NCBI RefSeq assembly: GCF_002105155.1 | Contig: NW_019028998.1 | Span: 62,001 to 126,000, forward strand | Origin: Lobosporangium transversale | Taxonomy: Eukaryota | Length of the DNA: 64,000 bases | Reading direction: 5' to 3' | In this document: one piece after another, positions 52,770-64,000 of the stretch | Position numbering within the stretch: position 1 is the stretch's first letter | Layout: every line of letters starts with the position of its first letter | Translations under genes and position numbers: made by a program | Notes under the pieces: generated by a model | Seen by the model: only the letters and a program-made list of their open reading frames with translations | Database searches by the model: none | Told to the model about the DNA's origin: nothing

Positions 52770-55700
52770 CTACATGGAATCAACACTATTTCTTCCCCAC
52801 CCATCATCATATGCTGTTAACGGCGGGGGGATCTTTCCATCAGCATTCTGGAGAGCTACAATGACTTGAGTCTTCAGTCCTAACCGATAAACATGCTCAA
52901 TGTTCTGCCATACCCGTTTTTGTTGAATTGCCCTCTGCTTCCTCTTCTTCAACAAATGTCTCCGAGACCCAAATGGTGCACAAGCTAATGACTCTGACAT
53001 CACGGGCCAATACTTGAAGATTTGGACCTTGATCACGTCCAAGACTAAACAGGAGACAAGCGAGATTCCAAAGACTGCTAATGCTTGGAGCACAGGGACT
53101 GCAGGCGTGAGCCATCCAAAGATCACCATCAACAGCGCTATGGCCTGAGTCCCAATGATCACTACCAAAAACACCATGGATGGCATGTTTTCCCAAAAAT
53201 ACCCTGGCAGCCGTGTAGAAAAGATCAAGAAGTGAGGTGCAGATGAGATATGGAGATACATGATCGAATCCAATCGACGATCCACTCCTTCACCATCTGC
53301 CTCTGGATGTGGGAAATAATTAAACGTGTTCCAGAAATAATAGAAATGACCAAACGACAGTGCTGTCAAAAGGAGACCCAAAAAACAGGACATGAAAATC
53401 AGTCGACCCACACGCCATTTATCAGGCTTAACCGATACCTGAGCATTATCAACAGCGATAACTAGAGTCGCAGCATCGTTGAGGATACAAATCAAAATCA
53501 AGAGATTTGCAGGCAAGGTCCAATCATATGCCAGGACAACCACAAAGAAGAAAATCAAAAAATGGACAGTCGAGGTGATTCTGTAGAGTGCATACGATTG
53601 TATGCGTTGGAAAATCGCCCTGGATGCCAAGATACCCTCGACAATGGTTGCCAGCCCTGGAGCCATCAAAACAATATCAGCTGCAGATCGGGCCGCATCT
53701 GTGCATCCTTGCACTGCAATACCAACATTAGCTCTCTTGAGCGCTGGTGCATCATTGACACCATCGCCTGTCATGCCAACTAGCAATCCTCGCTTCTGTA
53801 AGATTTCCACGATCCTGTATTTATGCTCTGGTATCACTTCCGCAAACCCGTCTGCCTTGTAAACCTGCTCTGATTGATCATGCTCTGTTGCGTCTGGATT
53901 GCTGATGTGGCTAGCGTCCAAAATGACCTGCCCGAGCCCTAGTCGTCGAGAGACTTCTTTGGCAATGATCTGTTGATCCCCAGTCACCATCTTGACAGCG
54001 ATGCCCATCCTTTGACACCGTTCAATTGTCTCTGCAGAATCTGGTCGTGGTGGATCCAACAAGCTGATCAGGCCAACAAGTTGCCATTTATCCCGTGTCC
54101 CTGCCACTGTACGGGCTACACCCAGAGCACGAAGGCCTCTCTTTGCCATTGAAACATATGCCCTCACTGCAGCGTCATCGCCCCCAACCATCCTGATGAT
54201 CACCTGGGGTGCACCTTTGGCCACCAAGAAAGTTGTGTCATTCGTAGTGTTCGTCACTGTTGCCTGTGTATATTTGACAACCGGGTTAAACGGCAAGAAC
54301 TCATTGATATCAAAGCCTGGAACTTTGTTTGTTTGTGACACAGGACGGTTCCTGAGCAAGGACACCTGGTGTTCTGCTGCAGACCGAACTGCGAGTTCAA
54401 TTGGATCTCTTGCTCCAAATTCTGAAGCCAAATATGAATAGAGCAGGAGATCCTCAGCAGAGTAGCCATCGCAAAGATAAGGCTCGTCAAACGTCAGCTC
54501 ATTCATGGTCAAGGTCCCTGTTTTGTCTGAGCAAAGGATCGAGAGTGCTGACATCTCTTCAACAGCGGCTAATCTCTTGACGATGACCTTTTTTGATGCC
54601 AATCCTCGTGCGCCCACTGCCATGGTGACTGCACATACTGTAGGTAGCCCTACAGGGATGGCGGCAACTGCCAAGATCAAGACAGGGCCTAGGATTTTGA
54701 GAACCTGGCCGCGAACAGGGTCATTGCGGAATGTGATGAATTGAAAGATGATGATCAAGACAACAAGGATGAATGTAAACAAGATCAAAAAGTTGCCAAT
54801 CCTGCCAATGACTTTTTGAAAATGGCTTTCGTCCTGTCAAATCGGAAATATATATACATATAAATGGGAATTGAGAAGAGTAAACGGTCAGTTTTGATTT
54901 TTCAAAATTGTATTATTCAAGTACTTTTTTTTTTTTTTTTTTTTTTTTTTAATTCTTTTTTCCTTTCTTTTACCTTAGTGTTGGCCGTCAAGTGTGCTGC
55001 GACTCCAATATATGTCTTACTTCCAGTCTTGGTGACAATAGCCATTTGTTGCCCTTGTTTGACAATTGTGGATGAATAGACCTCATCTCCTTTTTTCTTA
55101 TGCGAGGGCAAAGCTTCTCCTGTCAGGGATGATTGATCAATCAAGAGGTCGCTTCCAGGCTCTACACCGGATGCACCGATGCCCAATAACCGTGCATCTG
55201 CTGGGACAATATCACCAAGACGAAGCACGATCACATCTCCTGGAACCAATACAGAGGCATCCAGTTCCTGTAAGCTTCCATCTCTCCAGCATCGAGTCTT
55301 CAAGGCCAATGTCTGTCTAAGAGCATCAACGGCGGATTCAGCGCGTGCTTCTTCCACATATCCAATAATTGCATTAGTAAACAATAGACCCAAAATAATA
55401 GCAAAGTTGAGCCAATCCTATAGGGATGATACAAAGAGAAGAAAGGATATATTAGAGGTTGTTGTACATGTGTTTGAAGTTTTTTTTTTTTTTTTGTCAA
55501 ACAAACAAACAAGCAAACGAGCACTGCCTCGTCCCTTGTACACATTATTGTATGTCCAAAAAAAAAAAAAATCCAGCCTCAGTTTAGATAAGCCAAAAAT
55601 GCTTCCAACCACTTGTCTGAAAAATATGTATACAAAAAAAGAGTACACGGCCCAATCTTTTCTTCGGATCACTTTTTTTTTTTTTTTTTTTTTTCAACTT

Positions 55701-56071
55701 ACCTTGACGATCACAGAGATTATACATGCTAGTTCAATCAAGAAGGCAATAGGACCTGAAAAATAGCTCAAGAATTTTAGGATCTTGCTATCCTTGACTT
55801 CCACTAATTCATTGGGTCCAAAGGTTCGTAACCTTTGTGAGGCTTGTTCTGTCGTCAAGCCCTTCATTGGATCTGTCCTTAATAGATCTTCCAGCTCTAT
55901 ATCTCTTCCTTTCTCTTTCCCAATCTTGACATGCATATGCATATGCGTATCCACAGGACGAGAAAATGAATCTGATCGTGCTCGTGATGCTCCATCTTCT
56001 AAAGAATCATGATCACGTAGAGGAGCAGTAACTCCATCGGATTCATTTAGCTCCTTGTATCCGCGCATCAT
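52770..56071 (-). CDS. Plasma membrane H+-ATPase (P-type IIIA, PMA-like)
   Basis: FGPNEL, LVPGD, TGE, AIPVGLP, CSDKTGTLT, KGAPQV, DPPR, MVTGD, MTGDGVNDAPALK, YALYRI and the M6 ILND proton-acceptor Asp. Three exons. Confidence 0.95.
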
Positions 56072-56299
56072 GCTCGATCCCCGATCTTTGTGAATATCCG
56101 TAGAATGATTCTGCTTTTACTAAAACAATATGATGGAAATGTAAAGGGCGTGAATGTTTGATTTGAATACAATACAATATATATTTGTATATATGAATAT
56201 ATGTGTATAGACTCTGCATTGTAAAGCACATTGGTGGATACCTCCTCCGTTGAATGTTTAGAATGAGCAAATGGATGAATCAAAGCATCAATGAGGAAG

Positions 56300-56333
<34 letters not shown>

Positions 56334-56454
56334 AAGAAAGAAATGAAGTTGAGCTTAAAAGAGAGACAAGGTAACGAGGCAGAGAATAAGAGTATGTGAA
56401 AGGGACAGAACGAAAAGGGAAAGAGAGAACGAGAGAATGGAGAAAAAGAGGAAA

Positions 56455-56965
56455 GGCGATTGTTCGGACCTCGTATGAAACTGTATAAACATCTGAACAT
56501 TGCCACATGCCATTGGCCTATCTGCGTCCCTTAAACAACATGTTTAACATACAAATGAACTTTTTGCAAGTGGATGTATCAATGCTTCGACAAACATGTA
56601 ACCTTTGATGACAACGTCACAGCTCTTGGACTTTGGAAAACGGGAAACATTTGTGTTTCTACGTAGCAACAGGCATAGCTTCAAAAAGTTCGTCCTCAAG
56701 GAACAAATCCTATATCCTTCATTGCTCAAAAGAGACGATCTGTCTTTTTCTGCGCCCCAAAAGTATGCCACAATCCTATTGGAGCGTTCAGAGGCAATGT
56801 TTGCCTCTTGGTTCGAGGATTAGCAGGCTTTCAGTCAAGTTTTATTGTTTTGAACAACACAGTGAATCCTGTCCCTTCTAAGTAATCGCCACTATTCAAG
56901 GGATTCTGCTAAATACGGTTAAATCAAGGGAGGTTTGGGAAACCAACAGGTATGGAGCAGTCGCC
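56455..56965 (+). mobile_element. MITE / non-autonomous TIR element, copy 1 (511 bp)
   Basis: Ends GGCGATTGTTCG...GAGCAGTCGCC, flanked by AAA on both sides. Aligns along its length with the reverse complement of 57054-57471. Confidence 0.75.
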
Positions 56966-57053
56966 AAAAGGGAAGAGGGGCGCATTGTTCGGGCTTTCCT
57001 CTGCATACGCACTGCCACTGGGCACGTTCTTCCGCTTCTCCTCTTTGCCCATT

Positions 57054-57471
57054 GGCGACTGTTCGATGCTTGTTGGTTTTCCAAATCTGCTTTGATTTCA
57101 CCATAGTTTAGCGGAATTGATTAGCATCCCCTGAATAGCTGCCATCCAAAGGGACTAACTTCGAATGGACAGGATTTACTGTGTTGTTCAAAACAATAAA
57201 ACTTGACTGAAAGTCTGCTAATCCTCAAACTATGAGGCAAATAATGCCTCTGAACGCTTCAATAGGATTATGGCGAACTTTTGGGGTGCTTCCACAATCC
57301 AAGGACTGTGATGTAGCCATTAAATGTTACATGTTTGTCGAAGCATTGGCACATCCCTTGCAAAAGTTCAGATGTATGCTAGGAATATTGTTTAAGGGAC
57401 GTAGAGTAGTCAATGACATGTGGTGGTGTTCAGGTGTTTATACAGTATCATATGGAGTCCGAACAGTCGCC
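57054..57471 (-). mobile_element. MITE / non-autonomous TIR element, copy 2 (418 bp), inverted relative to copy 1
   Basis: Perfect 12-bp TIR GGCGACTGTTCG/CGAACAGTCGCC with a 3-bp ATT target-site duplication. Confidence 0.8.
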
Positions 57472-57498
57472 ATTGGTGTAACAGCCACTCTGTCACAA

Positions 57499-57615
57499 CT
57501 TTATTTTATTTTTTATTTTATATTTTATTTTATATTTTATTTTATTTTATTTTTTATTTTATTTTATATTTTAATATTTTATTTAATATTTTATTTTAAT
57601 ATTTTATTTTTTATT
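57499..57615 (+). repeat. AT-rich (TTTTA)n-type low-complexity repeat
   Basis: Directly visible. Confidence 0.85.
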
Positions 57616-57713
57616 CTGGAATCAATGTAATACATATTATGATTCTAATGCAAATACAACCAACATTAGGAAAAAAAAAAAAAAAAAAAAAAAAAAGAAA
57701 CTTGTCTAGCACT

Positions 57714-58597
57714 CTAATTCTTATTAGCTTTCTCCTCCTCTGCTGCAACCTCCAGTCCAACACGGTGAACTGTCTTCAAGAACAAGCCCATGGCCTCAAC
57801 AGGAACGGAAGGTAAAATTCCATGGCCAAGATTAGCAATGTATCGTCCTGTCGATCCAAATCCACGGACCATCCTCTCAACTGCTGCAACGATCGCCTCA
57901 TCCCCTCCATACAACAGGTTAGGATCCATGTTGCCCTGTAATGTGACACGGCCCTTTGTGATCGCTTTAGCTGCCTTGGGATCGTGAGTCCAGTCCAAAG
58001 AGACGGCCTCGTATCCAATCTCGGATAATTGCTCAAGAGCGTACCATGATCCCTTCGCAAACACAGTCATGGGCACTGCCTCGGACCCCAATTCGGCCTT
58101 GACTCGCTTTGCGATCTGAGCCAGATAAGGGAGCGAGAACAATTCAAAGTCATGGGGACTAAGCTCTCCTCCCCAAGATTCAAACACTTGCAACATCTAA
58201 GTCATTTTGCATTAACAATGGCATTGAGTAAGTTAGGAATGCCAGTGGATAATACCCTTTTTTTTTTTTTTTTTGAAGTTGTTTGTATTATAATCAGAGT
58301 GTAAAAAGTTACAACCTCGTTTCTTCTTCTTCCATCCTTACCTGAGCACCAGCATGAACTTGTCCGACCAAGAAGTTGACGCACACGTCTGTAATGCGCT
58401 GCAAAAGATCGTGTGAAGTCTTGGGGTGCTTGAAGATCCATTCTTTGGCCTTTGAAAGAGTCTTGCTTCCGCCACCCTCAACCATATAAGCCTATTATTT
58501 TATCAGATAATACACAGAAACGTTAGCATTCATAAATTCATAAAATAAATAGATAAATAGATAAGTAGATAAATAGATAAGTAGATAAATAGTAGTA

Positions 58598-58630
<33 letters not shown>

Positions 58631-59141
58631 GCCAAAGCTTTACCATCAATGTCCATGGGGCACCCACAAAGCCAATCAAAGGAACACGCCCGTCCAGAGC
58701 ATGTCGTGTCATTGTAATGGCATCAAACACATACTGAAGCTCTTTATGAACATCCACATTCTGATTCAACTTGCTGATATCTTCTGGAAGGACCAATGGT
58801 TCAGGGAAATGAGGTCCCTTCCCAGGAACCATCTCCACAGTCATTCCCAATGCCTGGGGCACCACCAAAATGTCTGAAAAGATGATCGAGGCGTCCAAAA
58901 GACCGTCGTAGCGATCAATGGGCTGCAATGTTACTTTGGTTGCCAACTCGGGTGTACGGCAGATCTTGAAGAAATCATGCTCGACGCGTTCAGCACGGAA
59001 TTCTGGTTAAACAAATAAAAAAACAAACAATCAAGTAAATAAACAATCAAATCAAAGCACATTGATCTTGTGTTTTACCAATGTCAAGGCGTTAGGACAA
59101 TTGGAACAAAAAAGAAAATCGGAATGAAGGGAATTAGATCG

Positions 59142-59172
<31 letters not shown>

Positions 59173-59472
59173 CCTTCTTCTTCTTCTTCTTCTTCTTCTT
59201 TCTAGAATGAATAAACAGATTAGACAGAATGAATGAAGAAAAGGTTGGGATGGAGGAGGAAGAAAAAGACGATGGCATTGGCACGAAAGTATGTGTGAAT
59301 GTAACACTGGAGGTGTTCATTTTTTTTTTTTTTTTTTTTTTTTTCTGTTACCAGGCAAATATCGGCCCGCCTGTCGCATAACCCAGACAGGAGCACGCTC
59401 GGTCTTCTCTCCACGTGCAGCCCTGAGGATCAAGTCGTTCTTGAGGGGAGGAAATGGTTTTGAAGCAGACAT
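57714..59472 (-). CDS. HEM12: Uroporphyrinogen decarboxylase
   Basis: [66 protein letters not shown]. Confidence 0.97.
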
Positions 59473-60155
59473 GTTGGTTTTTAAAGAAGGAGAAGAATGA
59501 AAGGGAAAAAAAAAAAAAAAAAGGGAGAAAGAAAGAGAAGATTTTGTCGATGATGCTCCGTTCAAAAGGACTCTTTTTTCTTCTTCTTCTTCAATTAATC
59601 AAAGTTACACGCACAAAAAAAAAAAAAAAAAAAAAAAAAAAAGCGGAGCAAGAAAAGTTGCGCTTCTCCGGTCTGCATCGCATTGAGTAAGGAAATGCAT
59701 GCCACGTTCAAAGAAAAAGACCTGACACAGACACAGCAGTAATACAAAGTTGGATAACAAGAGATTGCAATATTGATAAATGCTCTCTTCTCCCTTCATG
59801 GATGCATCTGCGCATTTATCCTCTCTTTATCTCTTCCCTCTTCTTCCTCGGCTCACGGCATTCAGTGATGTATACTGAACTCAGCCCAATGAATCATCTC
59901 TGTCCGCAAAGTAAAGAGCAAAGTGCGTTATGAACTCTCTCTACTGCTTTTTTTTTTTTTTTTTTTTTTTTTTACTTGAATTAAAGCAAATTAAAATCAT
60001 GGTAGAAAAGCAATCCTCCAATCTCATGTCTTCTTGGATCAGTCATTTTTTTTTTTTTTTTTTTTCTTTGTTATTGTATGCTTTACTTTTTCCTTGACCA
60101 TGTCACCTTTGATCCATTTCTAATTTGGCTTTATTATTTTTATCTTCCTCACTCT

Positions 60156-60684
60156 TTACGTTGACCTTCTCCTGCTCTGTTCGTCACCATCACTGTTATC
60201 TTCTTCATCATCGTCACGATACCGAGCATTGACTCCACCCATCATTTCTTGTCCCTCCTCTTCCTCTTCGTCATCCTCATCCTCATCCAGATATCGATTC
60301 TGCCTTGATATGGGCTTCAACAACCTAGAACCAGCTGTCATATTCTCCATCTCCTCTTCATGATATTCATTCCCATCTTCATCTCCATCTCCATCTCCTC
60401 CATCTAATCCGTCCTCATAACCTTCCCCATGAAACTGGGCTTCCAGATCTTCCCATTCAAGTCCTGTCGCGCCTTCAAGATCATCATCCGACAACGCAAT
60501 GGGCCCTCGACGTCCTATACCCAGTCCATTCCTATCACTGTTATCTCCGCCAAAAAGCTGTAGTTGGATATTGAGATTACGAGGAAGTAATGTTGATGCT
60601 CGTCGGAAACAAAAAACGAGTCCTAGTAATGAACAAATGGTCACTATTACTGACTAATACATATTTGTACAAATATATTATAGG

Positions 60685-60722
<38 letters not shown>

Positions 60723-61028
60723 CAAGATTAGCTTATAGACATCCTTCAAAGCGTTTATGTATATCCAAATTTGTACAGATAAACTTTACAAAGCCCATGC
60801 CCCAAGTCGGATCATCGTCGTGTAGCGCGTCTAAAACATTTATATGTTTATATAAAAAAAATATACATGTATAATTTAAATATCGAAAAAAGGAATCGAT
60901 TAATTTTTACTTGACGAAAAACGAGTCACTTTTTTTTTTTTTGCGCCCCTAGCTTCTGTAGTTAAAAAAGAAAGTACTCCCGCAGCATTACTTGGCACGA
61001 TGGCTGAATCTGAACGAGTGTACGACAT
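60156..61028 (-). CDS. Small single-pass membrane protein with an acidic cytoplasmic tail (start and first exon uncertain)
   Basis: Spliced ..DDDPTWGMGF|SVIVTICSLLGLVFCFRR gives a TM helix followed by RR, then a D/E-rich tail (ORF 60156-60644). Confidence 0.5.
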
Positions 61029-61660
61029 ATAAAATGTAGGGAAAAAAAAAATAGGAAGAGAAAAGGCGCAAGACTGTTGGTAATGAACGAATGAGACTCG
61101 AATGAGTTTAATAAAGTAATAAAAAAATAAAAAAAAATAAAAAAAAGTAGAAAAAGGCGATGTTAGGAAACAAAAAGTTTTGAAGGCGCAAAAAAAAAAC
61201 GGTTGGCTCAAGTAGAAAAGTCGACTCTTCCATGACCCCTTAATGTTACATACAAGTACAGATGCAGATGCAGATGCAGATGCCTGATTAAAAGCAGCAT
61301 ATAAAAAAACATAAAAACCACCACCAAAAAAAAAAAAAAAAAAAAAAAAAACCATCTCTGCTTTATTTTGTAAGAGTCGATCTTCTAACTAGCTACTAAA
61401 TGCTGGGGGGGGGGGGGGGGAAGGGAGGGGAAAGCCTTTTTTCTTTCCTTTACTACTTCATCATCTCATTGATCTCCTGGGGCTGGTGTCTCTGGCCAAT
61501 AAAATGTCTACTATACACGTCCAATGCAGTGAAGGGAAAATAACGTAAAAAAAAAAAAAAGAAAGAAAGAAATGTAAAAAGAATAAAGGAAAAAGGAAAT
61601 AAAGAGTTGATTCTTAATACCGTTTCTAGTCCGCGCAACACGACATCTTTAGGCCACTTT

Positions 61661-62976
61661 TTAATTCACATCTGCCATAGCGCCGGATTCTGTCATGGTA
61701 GGAGTGGCGCTCTCAATGCTCTTGTTGTTTTTGTGGTTTTGTTGTTGGACATCCCTAGCCGAGGTCGAACTCTGCACAACAACAGCTGTGGTGGGCAGAC
61801 CCTCGATTCCAGCCATAATCCTTGCATGACTTTCCTCCCGAATCATGTCCTGATATCTGTGCTGCTTCGCAACATCATGCAGCTTGAATCCAAAGATACG
61901 AGGCACATAGCGGTCAGTGCTCTTAGGGGGGACTAACTGAGGGTAGACTTGGAAAAGCATATGGGGGAAGCTGCAGCCGAAATAGGCACCATCAATTGAT
62001 GCATGACGAGTCGATTTAGGGTTGTAAATGTCCTCGCAACGGCAGCAGAACAACTTGACTGATTTTGTGTATGGGATATCGGAAAGAGCAACAGGCAAAA
62101 GTGGATGATTATGACAAAGAACTCGAGGACAGCGTCCAAAGTCACACTTTTTGAATTTTTCCAGCTGGTCAATGCCCCATTCAACAATAGGTGGAAGGAA
62201 TGTGTACAAATGTGAAGAAAAAAAAAAAAAATTGTTGATAAATAATGTTAGCAAAAAGAGAATCATATGGATCATTCGTTGCAATATCAGTTTCATGCCT
62301 GGAATGCTTTTTAACTTGTTCTGTTTGGAGATAAATGCGCTTTACCATCTTTGTAAGTCCATGAGTGGTGATGATGAATCGAGCATGGATCAAGCCATAC
62401 AAGTGACGAGCAGATTTCTCAACAATGTCCCGAATCTCTTCATTCAGGTTTTCGTCTGAATAGACACCGATAACCCGTTGGAATTGTCACAGACCAAATA
62501 AAATAGTGTGTAAAAATAAAATAAAATAATGTCAGTTGATTCGCTACTGTGATGGTGATGAATGGTAAAACCCAATAAACTAAACTGTATAAAAAAAAAT
62601 AAATATATATAAAAAAAAAACCAGCAATGAAGCATACCAAGATTATCGGTGATCAAATCTAGTGCCTGAGAGTAATACTGGACCTCGGTGTTCAGTCCTG
62701 TCAAGTTGAAACGATCCAGAATATATTCCTCGTCAACCTCACAAAAGTATTCATTTCCCTTAGTCCCTAAGAACCAGTCAATCCAGTACTTTGTATAATC
62801 AGAGTCAGATCCGCTGGTGTAATCATCCACTAAAGAATACAAGAGGGAAGAATGAACATCATTAGAGACAAAAAAGCGCAGTCGGCATTACATGTATGCA
62901 GTAGGGAAAGGATGTATTCCAATAGATCACTCTTATTCCTCATTTTGGTAGCAGTGTCGTTTAAAGTAAACTTACT
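61661..62976 (-). CDS. CKB: Casein kinase II regulatory subunit beta
   Basis: [74 protein letters not shown]. Confidence 0.97.
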
Positions 62977-63747
62977 TTTCCTTGAGAGAGACTAAGAAGT
63001 TCAGGAAGATATCCAGTAAAATTGCAAGTTGAGAATCCCATATTAACAAATGTAGTAATCATAGTAACAAAAATGAAGACGGGAGGTATTGCTGATTAGA
63101 ATACGATGGATAATAGAAAGAAGAGTAATAATAACAACAATGGCATCAGCTGAGTATCCCTCGATAAATTCCTCTCAAGAAAACTTGGAAATCATGAGCC
63201 TATTGAATTCGTCTCAAAATAAATTCCGAGCTATTCGCTATTGCTGATGACCTGTCTCAAGTCAGAAAACAGTTTCGGGCAACCAATGTCCCGGTGTAAA
63301 AATACTGCCTTCCTTTGAAAGATTGAATGTGGCTGTGTGAGACCGACTGATATGGACGGATGCTGAAGACGTTTAATGCTACATGTGCCTTCCCATGACC
63401 CGCAGATGTCTTTTTATTTTTTTTTTTATTTTTTTTTATTTTTTGCTGTTGTTGTTGAAGCTAATCCATGATGTTTCATAGGACAATGGATGTAACTTGC
63501 CAAATAAAATATAAAGTCAAACCATTACCGTGTGTTATGTGAGCAAGTGTACGTCAGTGCTTGAGGAGTCAAAAATTTTCCAAGGAGATGGTCCGTAAGA
63601 GAAACAAATCGAACAAAATAAAAGAAATAAAAAGAGAAGAGTAAAGGGAGAAGAGAGAGTGAGAAAGAAAGAGATGGTAATGAAAAGATTAATGAGGGAT
63701 GAAGTTTCTTTCAGCCTGTTGTGCTTTTCTCCTTGGTCCTGCAGAAG

Positions 63748-63778
<31 letters not shown>

Positions 63779-64000
63779 TAAGCCACATAATAGTCATTGG
63801 ATAATTATGCAATGTCATGAAGAAAATGCTGGATCTATCAGTCTAATAGACAGACTCCACATTCTTGTCCGTTACTCATGCATGGGGGTTTTTTTTTTTT
63901 TTATCAAAATAGGCTGTTCTTTTAAAAGAAAGTTTCCTCCATCTAACCTGCGCTATCTCTTTCTTCCTTTTCGTTTAAGAGTGGAGACTATAAGAAATTG

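Noticed and set aside
52354..52869. ORFs between the SBF-like gene and the ATPase, and similar poly-K/poly-F ORFs across the window
   Set aside because: AT-rich UTR or intron sequence, or antisense shadows of real genes; the composition is not protein-like.

Overview
Gene-dense, intron-rich eukaryotic DNA, most likely from an early-diverging fungus (Mortierellaceae/Mucoromycota-like, judged from protein similarities recalled from memory and short GT-AG introns full of poly-T/poly-A). It holds about 20 protein genes, including CHERP-like, DeSI/PPPDE, HAL/SAT4-type kinase, LEA_2, PI-PLC-like, TM9SF3, PARP, RPL10, sucrose/GPH transporter, TFIP11, CBS-PB1, SEC15, SLC10A7/RCH1, a P3A H+-ATPase, HEM12 and CK2 beta, plus tRNA-Gly(GCC). 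The most notable items are not visible as single ORFs in the track. (1) An apparently intact six-exon gene (about 25030-27454, minus) fuses a ParB-type HTH to a phage/bacterial Dam-like N6-adenine methyltransferase fold whose NPPY motif reads HVPI. (2) A decayed, intron-containing Fanzor (TnpB-like RNA-guided nuclease) lies at about 41136-42043, with a 3' hairpin and a possible PIN/XPG-like N-terminus. (3) A 13-Cys heptad ladder is inserted in a secreted PLC-like enzyme. (4) Two inverted copies of a TIR/3-bp-TSD MITE form a ~1 kb quasi-palindrome upstream of the H+-ATPase. (5) There is a pogo-type transposon remnant. (6) The CK2 beta start codon is split by an intron. All family assignments come from manual motif recognition; no database searches were run.
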